Positions 1 to 7,990 of a DNA stretch of 64,000 nt are shown one piece after another. The stretch lies in IMG/VR virus record IMGVR_UViG_3300030376_004503, positions 7,895 through 71,894 of that record; one strand, given 5' to 3'. Every line of letters begins with the position of its first letter. The first letter of the stretch is position 1. The position numbers and the translations under genes were made by a program. Below the pieces are notes generated by a model. The model made no database searches. It was not told where the DNA came from and worked only from the letters and a program-made list of their open reading frames with translations. The DNA is from a virus (lineage: Duplodnaviria; Caudoviricetes).

Positions 1-489
1 TTTCATCTTGATATGAGGCTTGTTATGTAGCTTATAATTACTAACTAAACTGTCTAAAAATGCATTATCTCTAAAATGACGCAGTACATAATCAAAAATC
101 AGGGCGCACTGGTCTTCAGTAGGCGCTAAAACGAAAACAAGGTCCCTAAATCGGTTAAAAAACATAAAAATAACGGCTGCAACAGACAATGCCCAAGATT
201 TTCCACTACCTCTAGGTGCTAAAATCGCTAATTTTCGGTGTTTGTCCGGATTTCCGTCAGGATATGTCAAAGATTTAACTACAATGTCCATTTGTAGTGG
301 TCTTAATCGTAAAGGTCTCTGTTGTTTGTCTAATAAATAGGTTTGACAGAAAGCTCTTACTAGTTTTTCCATCTTTTTTTCATCTTTACGGACTTCTCCA
401 AAAAAAGTGGATAGATTTTGCGAATCGAATTTGTTAGCTCCACCTAAAGCGGCTTTAAACTCTTTCGTCTGGTTCGCTACTGGTATCAT
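1..489 (-). CDS. terL: Terminase large subunit, N-terminal ATPase part (runs off the window edge; missing from the ORF track)
   Basis: Manual translation from ATG at 489: MIPVANQTKEF...LRLRPLQMDIV...LAILAPRGSGKSWAL...VFVLAPTEDQC. This gives a Q-motif, Walker A and motif Ia typical of TerL. The frame stays open to base 1. Confidence 0.9.
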   Translation of the reverse strand, partial: MIPVANQTKEFKAALGGANKFDSQNLSTFFGEVRKDEKKMEKLVRAFCQTYLLDKQQRPLRLRPLQMDIVVKSLTYPDGNPDKHRKLAILAPRGSGKSWALSVAAVIFMFFNRFRDLVFVLAPTEDQCALIFDYVLRHFRDNAFLDSLVSNYKLHNKPHIKMK

Positions 490-790
490 CTTCTTCCAAC
501 TCCCCTAGGAAGTTCATAAAGTTTTCGGTCTTTTCTTCTACTAAAGTAGGTATTTCAATATTAAGAGCACGAAACTCAGTATGAATATCGCGTACAATCT
601 GGTTTCTCTGTTGCAATAACTTTGTTCTAGCGTTAACATCCCGAATACATATAGAAATTTCTTCCCAAAGCAAGTCTTCAATAACAAGATTTCTTGCCAA
701 AAGTCGTACAAGTTCTTTGTGACGTTCATATTCTCCTTCTCCAACGCGCTCTCGTAATCTACCTACGTATTCTTCTACTTTATCTTCCAT
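455..790 (-). CDS. Putative terminase small subunit
   Basis: 111-aa helical protein immediately upstream of and overlapping terL; the call rests on position only. Confidence 0.45.
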   Translation of the reverse strand: MEDKVEEYVGRLRERVGEGEYERHKELVRLLARNLVIEDLLWEEISICIRDVNARTKLLQQRNQIVRDIHTEFRALNIEIPTLVEEKTENFMNFLGELEEDDTSSEPDERV

Positions 791-801
791 TTATCACTTC
801 A

Positions 802-960
802 TTAATTATAAATAAAATAATATCTGTATTCCCCGGAACCAACCTTTACTATCCCTTGGGCATAAACATTGGTAATTGTCAAAGCGGTAGTAGCTGCATT
901 CATAGCTGTAATACACTCTTTGGCTGTTGACTCTCGTCCTTGAACTACAGATGTTGCCAT
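802..960 (-). CDS. Hypothetical protein, 52 aa
   Basis: Manual ORF MATSVVQGRES...YRYYFIYN fills the gap in the minus-strand operon. Confidence 0.6.
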   Translation of the reverse strand: MATSVVQGRESTAKECITAMNAATTALTITNVYAQGIVKVGSGEYRYYFIYN

Positions 961-965
961 ATTAC

Positions 966-1127
966 TTAATTGCCACCAGATGATAGTGTTGCAGGTGCTT
1001 TCACAAATGCAGCTTTATCTTCTGTAGCATCTACGTTAATGGTTGGTGCTCGACCGCCCAAAAATAACATATTTGGGTCATCTCTTTTGCTAACACTTTC
1101 TTCGTATTCTCTTTTGGTTTCTGCCAT
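966..1127 (-). CDS. Hypothetical protein, 53 aa
   Basis: ORF track 966..1160; likely start MAETKRE at 1127. Confidence 0.6.
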   Translation of the reverse strand: MAETKREYEESVSKRDDPNMLFLGGRAPTINVDATEDKAAFVKAPATLSSGGN

Positions 1128-1129
1128 AA

Positions 1130-1255
1130 TTATTTCTTCCCTTTTTTGGTAGGTTTGCAAGAATCACATTCTTCACAACAAGCTAGTAGATATTCTACCT
1201 GTTCGTGTAACCCTGCTATTTGTTCTGCTAAATCGGCTACTTCGAAATCATTCAT
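1130..1255 (-). CDS. Hypothetical protein, 41 aa (coiled coil plus CCEECDSC)
   Basis: Manual ORF MNDFEVADL...KPTKKGKK with an ATGA overlap to the upstream gene. Confidence 0.55.
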   Translation of the reverse strand: MNDFEVADLAEQIAGLHEQVEYLLACCEECDSCKPTKKGKK

Positions 1256-1416
1256 TTTTTAGCCTTCTTCTTTGATGCAGCTTTCTTAGCTGGTGCCTTT
1301 GCTTTTGGCTTTTCTTCTACTTTCTCCTCAACAACAGGTGCTGGAGCTTCTTCTATTAGGTTTCCGTGCCTATCTCTCTTAGGAGCTGGCATCTCTCTTG
1401 CGTGTAATTGTGTCAT
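1252..1416 (-). CDS. Small protein with Lys/Ala/Pro-rich basic tail
   Basis: Manual ORF MTQLHAREMPAPK...KPKAKAPAKKAASKKKAKK with a GGAGG SD and an upstream TATA. Confidence 0.7.
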   Translation of the reverse strand: MTQLHAREMPAPKRDRHGNLIEEAPAPVVEEKVEEKPKAKAPAKKAASKKKAKK

Positions 1417-1450
1417 AATTGACCTCCTTAGAAAAAGTACGTTACGTCAA

Positions 1451-1463
1451 CATATAAATGTTT
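1451..1463 (-). promoter_or_regulatory. Archaeal BRE/TATA promoter
   Basis: Minus strand aaacATTTATATg upstream of the 1416 gene. Confidence 0.55.
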
Positions 1464-1466
1464 CGG

Positions 1467-2006
1467 TCACTTTTTACTTTCCATCTTATGTTCTTGGTCT
1501 TGCTGTTTAGATTCTATATCTTGAGCTTGTTTCAATACAGCATCGTTATAATCGATAACTGACTGTGCCTTCACTTTATAGAACGCGGTTTTCTCTGCTT
1601 GTTCCTGTTTCCAAACATCTAAAGCGTCTTTGATAATCAAGAGGGCTGGCCCACCTAATATAGCTATCAAAGTTGTGTATGCTTCGATGTTCTCAAGAAC
1701 TTGTGAGTTGTTAAGTCCGGTGTGTATAACGAACCCTGCAAACCCAACCCAGAGTAAAACTAAAGGTACAGCAATCATAAACATAAAGATGTCGTTAAAC
1801 GTCACTCCTTCTTTTGCTTCTTTACTCATATATTCAGTCCTCCTTTCTTTCTTTACTTGTTCTGTCTTCTTTTTTGCTTTTTTTAATTTTGGGATAGTCT
1901 TCGGGATTATCCGGCGCACAAATGCTACAAGTATCATCGTTGCAAGGATGATAGCTAATATTGCCATTATTACTGCTGCTATTTCGAGTAGTCCTAACCA
2001 CGTCAT
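1467..2006 (-). CDS. Membrane protein, about 3 TM helices
   Basis: Three hydrophobic segments separated by a Lys-rich loop; GAGGAGG SD with ATGA overlap. Confidence 0.8.
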   Translation of the reverse strand: MTWLGLLEIAAVIMAILAIILATMILVAFVRRIIPKTIPKLKKAKKKTEQVKKERRTEYMSKEAKEGVTFNDIFMFMIAVPLVLLWVGFAGFVIHTGLNNSQVLENIEAYTTLIAILGGPALLIIKDALDVWKQEQAEKTAFYKVKAQSVIDYNDAVLKQAQDIESKQQDQEHKMESKK

Positions 2007-2125
2007 TCCTCCTCACCCACAAAATCTTCAAATGTACTTTCTTTTATCATTGCCTTGACATCATCTAATTCTGATATTATTTTCGCTAACATATTCGTTA
2101 AAACCAACATCTGGTTGGCCTTCAT
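2003..2125 (-). CDS. Hypothetical protein, 40 aa
   Basis: Manual ORF MKANQMLVL...DFVGEEE, coupled at both ends by the identical junction GAGGAGGAATGA (2003-2014 and 2122-2133). Confidence 0.6.
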   Translation of the reverse strand: MKANQMLVLTNMLAKIISELDDVKAMIKESTFEDFVGEEE

Positions 2126-3075
2126 TCCTCCTCCAATGTAATGTTATTTATTAAGAAATAATCTACATACTCGTAAGTGCCGTTTCTACCCCAGTCTGCA
2201 TACAAATTCACATACATCATATACCACCCAGTGTATGGTTCAGTAAACCATTCTGGGCCGGATGAAAGTACATACTCATTACCTTCCCAACCTGTAACGT
2301 TAAAAAAGTAATCGTTCCACATATACCCATTCCACACAGTTTCGTTATCTACTACTTTGATGTGCCCAACGTCGAATCCTACCATCACGGGCAGTGCCTC
2401 TTGGTCACAGTCTGTATCGATATCTACTGTAATATTTAATGAATTATACTCTCTGGAATAGTTTCCATACTCTAATCCGTTATAAAAATAAGTTGCATTA
2501 GGTGTGCATTCATATTCTTCGTATTCGCACGACCCGTCATCTTCTTCTGCACGGTCGTTGTAGTTCAATGCGTCGAAATCCATACATCCGTATACAGTTT
2601 CATTTGTTTGTGTTTCGTTTCCAGTCCCGTTATCAACAGGACCGCCTAAGAATTGACATCTGCCATTATCGTGGGTAGCCGCCGCATTATAGTTGTCGGC
2701 CTCTGGATTAGTACACCCGTAAATTACAGGTGGAGGAAAGGCACAACTTCCATTATCGAATGTAACTTTAGGATTAAAATTTATGGCCCCCGGGTCCATA
2801 CAACCTCCAATAGGTCCCACTTCTTCTTCGTCGCCCCATAAATCTAATAACATTCCTATATCCGCTGTACCACTTCCGAACATTGCAAGAATTAAAACGG
2901 TTAGTATAGAACCGATTTTTTTACCTAACTTTGTCTCACCAATCTTATCTGCTGTTTTTCCTATTTGTTCAAAAACCCCTTCTTCTTCATCATCAGGTCT
3001 TCTACCTCCTAGGCCAAGTGCTTCCCTTTCTTCATCAGAAATTACACTAATACCACCATAGTCGTCACGAGACAT
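2122..3075 (-). CDS. Membrane-anchored surface protein with three GCxD/N...DxGxC repeats
   Basis: TM segment IGSILTVLILAMFG; repeats GCMDPGAINFNP..DNGSC, GCTNPEADNYNA..DNGRC, GCMDFDALNYND..DDGSC; 11 N-x-S/T sequons. Confidence 0.8.
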   Translation of the reverse strand: MSRDDYGGISVISDEEREALGLGGRRPDDEEEGVFEQIGKTADKIGETKLGKKIGSILTVLILAMFGSGTADIGMLLDLWGDEEEVGPIGGCMDPGAINFNPKVTFDNGSCAFPPPVIYGCTNPEADNYNAAATHDNGRCQFLGGPVDNGTGNETQTNETVYGCMDFDALNYNDRAEEDDGSCEYEEYECTPNATYFYNGLEYGNYSREYNSLNITVDIDTDCDQEALPVMVGFDVGHIKVVDNETVWNGYMWNDYFFNVTGWEGNEYVLSSGPEWFTEPYTGWYMMYVNLYADWGRNGTYEYVDYFLINNITLEEE

Positions 3076-3097
3076 ACCATTAACTTGGTTGGAATGA

Positions 3098-3111
3098 TTA
3101 ATAAAGTTTTT
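3098..3111 (-). promoter_or_regulatory. Archaeal BRE/TATA promoter (probably a leaderless transcript)
   Basis: Minus strand aaaaacTTTATTAA about 25-30 nt upstream of the ATG at 3075. Confidence 0.55.
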
Positions 3112-3130
3112 CCCGGGAGCTCTATTATAC

Positions 3131-3146
3131 AGTACTATATAGTACT
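3131..3146. repeat. Perfect 16-bp palindrome AGTACTATATAGTACT between divergent promoters
   Basis: Read directly; the sequence is its own reverse complement. Confidence 0.85.
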
Positions 3147-3194
3147 AGAATACCTTAACATATGCTTTCTTTGCTTAACGTATGCAGTAATACC

Positions 3195-3207
3195 AAACCT
3201 TTATATA
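3195..3207 (+). promoter_or_regulatory. Archaeal BRE/TATA promoter
   Basis: aaaccTTTATATA about 30 nt upstream of the ATG at 3231. Confidence 0.7.
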
Positions 3208-3230
3208 GATTCTAGATGTGTTGAAAAAAT

Positions 3231-4163
3231 ATGAAAGAAACTCAAAGTGACTCTTCCGAGTTCACGTACACTGTCAATGTTGATACTGAAAACAAAGATG
3301 AAGATATAGATTGGACGCCAAGCATTAATCGTTTATCCCCTTCTAAGATAAATACTTTTTTGCACTGCCCAAGGCAATTTTACTACAAGTACATTGAAAA
3401 GTTACCCGACCAACTTACGTTGCACCTTTTTCGCGGTACTATAGTCCACGAAATACTTGAAGATTTATTTGAAAAAGAATTTAAGTATCCTAGTCGATGG
3501 CGAAACGGCGAACCGCAAGAATGGGCAATCCTAGAGTTCCGTAAAAAATGGACAGAACGTAAAGAAAAAATGCCGTGGTTATGGAAGAACCCCGCCATTG
3601 ATGGTGACGTTATGGAAAGGGAAACTATTGACCTTCTCGTAAATTACTGCCACCGTGTAGAAAAGAAACTGTATGAATTAATGGATTGGAAAGTTGCGCG
3701 TTCTAAAGATATGGCGTTTAAACAACTTAAACCAACATTCGCCGAGATGCGCGTCCATAATAAAGAATATAAGATAATGGGTATTATCGATGTTATCCAA
3801 AAAGATTTCGAGGGTAATATCTCTATAATTGATTATAAAACCAGTAAGCGATACGGAAGCTGGTTACCTGATGATTACTACCGCCAATTAATAATATATG
3901 CCCTATTGTACCAAGAAGAAACTGGGGTAACCCCAAAATTCGCGGGTATTGATTGGTTGCGGTATGACGATTGTTATTTTGTCGCAATTAACGATGGTAT
4001 TATCGAAGAAGCGCGGGAACTCATCAAAGGCATACACAACGAATTAAAGAAAAGGGGGGACGACATTGAGCAGTATCCATTGGTGCCCCAGAACCTTTGT
4101 AAGTGGTGTGCCTTCTATAAAAAGCCCTGTGAACCAAAAGGTATATATAGTAAGAAAAAGTGA
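3231..4163 (+). CDS. Cas4-like/RecB-family PD-(D/E)XK exonuclease with Fe-S cysteines
   Basis: SPSKINTFLHCPRQFYY; GIIDVI; IIDYKT; QLIIYA; C-terminal CKWCAFYKKPC (1+3 Cys pattern). Confidence 0.88.
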   Translation: MKETQSDSSEFTYTVNVDTENKDEDIDWTPSINRLSPSKINTFLHCPRQFYYKYIEKLPDQLTLHLFRGTIVHEILEDLFEKEFKYPSRWRNGEPQEWAILEFRKKWTERKEKMPWLWKNPAIDGDVMERETIDLLVNYCHRVEKKLYELMDWKVARSKDMAFKQLKPTFAEMRVHNKEYKIMGIIDVIQKDFEGNISIIDYKTSKRYGSWLPDDYYRQLIIYALLYQEETGVTPKFAGIDWLRYDDCYFVAINDGIIEEARELIKGIHNELKKRGDDIEQYPLVPQNLCKWCAFYKKPCEPKGIYSKKK

Positions 4164-4207
4164 TATTATAATGGGTGACCATAATGGCACCCACCTCGAG
4201 GAAAAAT

Positions 4208-4636
4208 ATGGCAAACGAAACAAATAACGAGACTGCTGCAAATAATACAGCTGGTGATACCAATATGACCGCTGATATTCTAGCAACAGTAGAAGAAAGT
4301 GGTTTGTTAGAAGAACCAATGGTTCTCGCATTGCTAGGTTGCGTCGCTGCTTTAGTAGCTTTTGTGTGTTACACGAATCCTGCTGTTAAGGCTGCGGTAA
4401 TGCCACTTTTGAACAAGTACTTGAAAAAGTACGATGCTCAAATTGATGCACTGCTAGAAGAAAATCTAACAAAAGCTCAGGCAAAAGTCTACGAAAAACT
4501 TGATGAAACACTCAAGACTCAAGTAAAAGACGACTTACTACGTAACGTAGTTCTTACAGCTTGGGACGAAAAGGATGATGAGTTGAAAAGTTTAGTCAAA
4601 GGCAAAGTTAAATCTGCCCTAGACGAAGCTAAGTAA
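4208..4636 (+). CDS. Single-pass membrane protein with N-terminal sequons and a helical cytoplasmic domain
   Basis: ORF track 4175..4636, likely start 4208; NET/NET/NNT sequons precede the TM segment MVLALLGCVAALVAFVCY. Confidence 0.75.
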   Translation: MANETNNETAANNTAGDTNMTADILATVEESGLLEEPMVLALLGCVAALVAFVCYTNPAVKAAVMPLLNKYLKKYDAQIDALLEENLTKAQAKVYEKLDETLKTQVKDDLLRNVVLTAWDEKDDELKSLVKGKVKSALDEAK

Positions 4637-4660
4637 TCTCTTTTCTTTCGTATAACCTGC

Positions 4661-4696
4661 GGGGACAGGGTTCAAAATTTGTCCCCAATTTTTTTT
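4661..4696 (+). terminator. Hairpin plus T-tract terminator
   Basis: GGGGACA(4661-4667)/TGTCCCC(4680-4686) followed by T8, just after the stop at 4636. Confidence 0.7.
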
Positions 4697-4860
4697 AAAC
4701 ATCCCTGCATCATTCAAAATTTTCTAGTATTTGTGTAAAGGGGTGGAACTATATATATATAAATAAGAGAAGATACTTTAGACCCTACCCTTATAAAATA
4801 AGATATTGTTCATCAGTAAATGATGAACTTATCATCTATGATAAAGAATCAGGAAGAGAT

Positions 4861-5175
4861 ATGAAGAAAAACAGAGAAGAATGTGAGATGGAAACAGGTT
4901 ATACACCTGAGTCAATCTCAGAAATGGCAAGAACTCACTTCAGATGGAGTAGAGAACAAAGAAACTGGACACACGACCAGAAGGTTGAATGGGTGTATGA
5001 GGGAATGAAGTTTCAACACCAAAAGATGTTGAATAAAATCCCAAAGAATCAAACTAAGTTAGAAGAATTTAAGAAAGCTTCTGAGTTAACCCATAACTGC
5101 ACAGGTAGCCGAGCTTGTCTTGGTTGTGAAAGTGAAAGGCGTAATGCATATGCATCAGGTGGTAACTACTACTGA
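4861..5175 (+). CDS. Hypothetical protein
   Basis: ORF track; first gene of the plus-strand early cluster. Confidence 0.6.
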   Translation: MKKNREECEMETGYTPESISEMARTHFRWSREQRNWTHDQKVEWVYEGMKFQHQKMLNKIPKNQTKLEEFKKASELTHNCTGSRACLGCESERRNAYASGGNYY

Positions 5176-5183
5176 GTATAACT

Positions 5184-5345
5184 ATGGACTTTATCATTAA
5201 AGTAAAAGCTGAACCCTTTGTGCCTATTAATAAATGTATCATTTGTGATATTCACATAGATTGGTCAAAGGCATCTACGTGTAGTGCAAAGTGTCGTGTT
5301 AAGAAGAATAGATGGTTGAGAGAGGGTGCATATGCCTCAATATAG
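5184..5345 (+). CDS. Small Zn-finger protein, 53 aa
   Basis: Manual ORF ...KCIICDIHIDWSKASTCSAKCRVKKNR... Confidence 0.6.
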   Translation: MDFIIKVKAEPFVPINKCIICDIHIDWSKASTCSAKCRVKKNRWLREGAYASI

Positions 5346-5696
5346 AGACATACATCAGTGTAAGACTGTGAAGAAAACTGTATCCAAGAAGATGCAAGAG
5401 TTAATAGATAGAGAAAAGGCGTCTTACAATAAGGCATCCTGAATATGAAAACAGACTACACACTTGAGTGGTTAGAATTTACTAACTATGAGATAAAGAA
5501 GAAAATCAAGGCACTAAGAGAAAAACTCGAAGAGAGAAAGAATGAACGAGGGTCTCCCTGACGGTCTCCCTATGGAGTAGTTCGTGCATTTAACTAATTA
5601 TATTATCATAAATATAATGATGATTATCTATATAACCGATTCAGTCAGTGACTTGGTCAGTCCTAACTGTCTATCAAGAAGACCAATGTATAAAAA

Positions 5697-6290
5697 ATGA
5701 GTAAGAAACAAGTAAATACAGAGAGAGACACTACGTGGATTCACGTAGTCGAGAAAGAAACAGGTAGTCGTGGAACATATTTCGATGTTCCTGACCCTGT
5801 AACAAAGAATGGCACAGGTGACGGGGAATCTATCTTCCGTGCATATGGGTGTAATGATATGCCTAACAAGAATCACTACAAGAAAGGTTCCAGACCACAC
5901 GGTGGTAGGAAAGACATAGGTGCAGTGGCATCAGTAGGGAGTAAAGTGTATATCGGTAATCCGAATCACCACGCATTAGTCCCAATCACTAAGGAAAAAC
6001 AGATAGCCATTAAGAACTATATGGAGAAATTTGCCATACCAGAGTATAAGGCACGTCAAGAACTACGTAGGAATCCAACAGAAAGGAAAGCTCGTAAGAC
6101 TGCTGAAGTAATTGCAAATGAGATAGCTCACTACAGTGAAAATCCACAAGAATTAAAGAAATATGTCGCAAAGACAAATGAGGCAACTCTAAAGTTTGTT
6201 GACAGTGACTCACAAGATATGATGTTGGATGCATTGTGTAAGTCCTTTATGGAGTCTCGTAAGAAATCTTTGGAGATACTAACTAAGTAA
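5697..6290 (+). CDS. Hypothetical protein
   Basis: ORF track, 197 aa; no recognisable motif. Confidence 0.75.
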   Translation: MSKKQVNTERDTTWIHVVEKETGSRGTYFDVPDPVTKNGTGDGESIFRAYGCNDMPNKNHYKKGSRPHGGRKDIGAVASVGSKVYIGNPNHHALVPITKEKQIAIKNYMEKFAIPEYKARQELRRNPTERKARKTAEVIANEIAHYSENPQELKKYVAKTNEATLKFVDSDSQDMMLDALCKSFMESRKKSLEILTK

Positions 6291-6310
6291 TTTCTTCCAT
6301 AAGAAAGTAA

Positions 6311-6357
6311 GTAGGAGTCAGGACCGAGTTCCTCGGGCTCCTACAAGATTTTTTTTT
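6311..6357 (+). terminator. Bulged hairpin plus T-tract
   Basis: GTAGGAGT/GCTCCTAC outer stem and CCGAG/CTCGG inner stem, then T9, after the stop at 6290. Confidence 0.65.
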
Positions 6358-6367
6358 ATTATTAACT

Positions 6368-6655
6368 ATGAGTAAAGACAAGACATTTAGTATTGTGGCT
6401 AATACATTAGGGACAATGCAGAGTTTAAATAGACTAAACAAAAGAGAGTTTGGTCGTATATTCTACGGACTTTTAATTGACGACTTAGTTCCTTCATTTT
6501 ATATTAATTCAAAATACAATTACTATTGTGAGGAAGGATTCATTAAGGCATACAACAGACTTGATGTAAGAAACGCTACCAGAGTATTAGATTATATCAC
6601 TGAAGAAGTTCACACAGAACAAAGACAGTTAGAAGAAGGAGTTAGAAATGACTGA
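6368..6655 (+). CDS. Hypothetical protein
   Basis: ORF track. Confidence 0.65.
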   Translation: MSKDKTFSIVANTLGTMQSLNRLNKREFGRIFYGLLIDDLVPSFYINSKYNYYCEEGFIKAYNRLDVRNATRVLDYITEEVHTEQRQLEEGVRND

Positions 6656-6914
6656 TTGTGAACACGTAGGTAAATACTCGAAGAAAGTATGTTGTGGTGA
6701 TTGTGGTGAAAGTCTATATGAAGATGCAATGATGGCATTAATCAACGCATTAGACAAGAAACCGACTAATACAAGGTCTGACTGTTTCCATCCTTTAATG
6801 GATTTAGTATACAAAGGAAAGACGTGTAAAATCAATTACGATGAAGAAACCCAGACAGTCATATTTGACCCACTAAAAGAAAAAGACCCATTTTGGTGTG
6901 AAGATATGCACTGA
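6648..6914 (+). CDS. Hypothetical Cys-containing protein
   Basis: ORF track; GGAG SD; CEH...CCGDCG. Confidence 0.65.
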   Translation: MTDCEHVGKYSKKVCCGDCGESLYEDAMMALINALDKKPTNTRSDCFHPLMDLVYKGKTCKINYDEETQTVIFDPLKEKDPFWCEDMH

Positions 6915-6945
6915 TACTTACTCATATCTCACCTAGTTGCGTAGG

Positions 6946-6982
6946 AGGTCCTGAGCACGACCTAAAACTGCTCATCTTTTTT
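6946..6982 (+). other. Predicted H-type RNA pseudoknot followed by a U-tract at the operon 3' end
   Basis: S1 AGGTC(6946-50)/GACCT(6959-63); S2 TGAGCA(6952-57)/TGCTCA(6969-74); L3 AAAAC; then tcttttttg. Confidence 0.55.
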
Positions 6983-7019
6983 GTCTACAGGAACGAAGAG
7001 ACGAAGGCAGTGCGTTTTC

Positions 7020-7560
7020 GCCGAAGCAATCGCTTTCGCTTCGCCGGGGTGAGAAACCTTTGCCGCGGCAGTGAGAATTTGCTGAAGCAATCACATCTAT
7101 ATAAAGGCAATCTTTGCCGTATGCGTTGATGAGAAACTTGCTTTAGTTTTTTTTTCCTTTTTTGCTTTGCTGTAATAGGTCCCACGTGGAAGCAATACGT
7201 CTGATAGCGCTGGTGAGTAATTGCTGAACCTAAACTGGTTCTAGTTTGCTGAACTGGTTTGGTGTGTGTGAGCGTTAACAGAAAGTCCCAAAGCATACGT
7301 GTAAGGACATATTATAGCATTCGTGTGCCAATAACATATGCTTAGCAGGTATATAATAGAGCACTCTCTCTCTTTTTGCTTAATAGAGCTCATAGCTAAT
7401 ATATCTTGCTTAGTGATACTAGAGCATAATATATCTTAACATATGCTTCAATACATATGCTAAGCATAGATAAATTAAGCATACACAATTAAGCCCTATG
7501 CTTATATTAGTTAAGGCTCTATATAAGTCCTTGCATATGCTGTATTACCGCGATTTTTTT
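7020..7560. repeat. Repeat-rich non-coding block, candidate replication origin or control region
   Basis: GAAGCAAT x3, RTGAGWAA(N)TTGC x4, palindrome TGCCGCGGCA (7061-70), then an AT-rich tract with CATATGCT x4 and TAATATATCTT x2. Confidence 0.55.
7096..7107 (-). promoter_or_regulatory. Leftward TATA-like promoter with no downstream protein gene
   Basis: Minus strand CCTTTATATAGA, the same core as the promoter at 3195-3207. Confidence 0.45.
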
Positions 7561-7633
7561 AACGCTTGAACGAGGTTTTATTACTAACCCTGATGTTAGA
7601 GCAGTGTCTATTAAGCAATAGATAGGAGCAAAA

Positions 7634-7990
7634 ATGTTAAACAAAACAGAGCAAAAACAACTAGAAGCAAAAGTTGGTTCGCTCGATTTACTTCCTGCGC
7701 ATTTACAGCAGGAACTAATCGCAGCATTCTACAAAGTGCTTCAAGTAGAAAAAGAAAAGAAACGCATAGAGCAGAAATATTCTACCTATGCTGGAACACC
7801 AGATACGCCGGACAGGAAAATAGAGCGTTATAGAATGCACAAAGCAATGCATTACGGTTTGTTGCCGGGCGTTGTGTGTTCGTGCTTCCGTGACGACACC
7901 GCAGCTACGCCGTGTGCATATGTGCCGGCTAAAAATATTGGCCCAATGCGGCAACATTACGCAGAGCACGGTATTTGGTGGAAAATATGA
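7634..7990 (+). CDS. Hypothetical protein
   Basis: ORF track; AGGAG SD at 7624-7628. Confidence 0.7.
   Translation: MLNKTEQKQLEAKVGSLDLLPAHLQQELIAAFYKVLQVEKEKKRIEQKYSTYAGTPDTPDRKIERYRMHKAMHYGLLPGVVCSCFRDDTAATPCAYVPAKNIGPMRQHYAEHGIWWKI

Noticed and set aside
2003-2133. 12-bp direct repeat GAGGAGGAATGA as a recombination or mobile-element end
   Set aside because: Fully explained as SD plus stop/start coupling at two consecutive gene junctions.
4661-4690. tRNA (GGTTCAAA resembles a T-loop)
   Set aside because: No cloverleaf, D arm or anticodon arm; it is a simple hairpin plus T-tract. I found no tRNA in the window.
5550-5572. Tandem GGTCTCCCT repeat near an operon end
   Set aside because: Only two 9-bp copies with no supporting structure or recurrence elsewhere.
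7020-7225. Mini-CRISPR array (alternating short motifs, with a Cas4-like gene nearby)
   Set aside because: Repeats are only 8-13 bp, degenerate and irregularly spaced; there is no constant 25-40 bp repeat with unique spacers.
6985-7296. 103-aa minus-strand ORF in the non-coding block
   Set aside because: TTG start with no SD, and low-complexity translation of T-tracts and repeats; more likely a shadow ORF.
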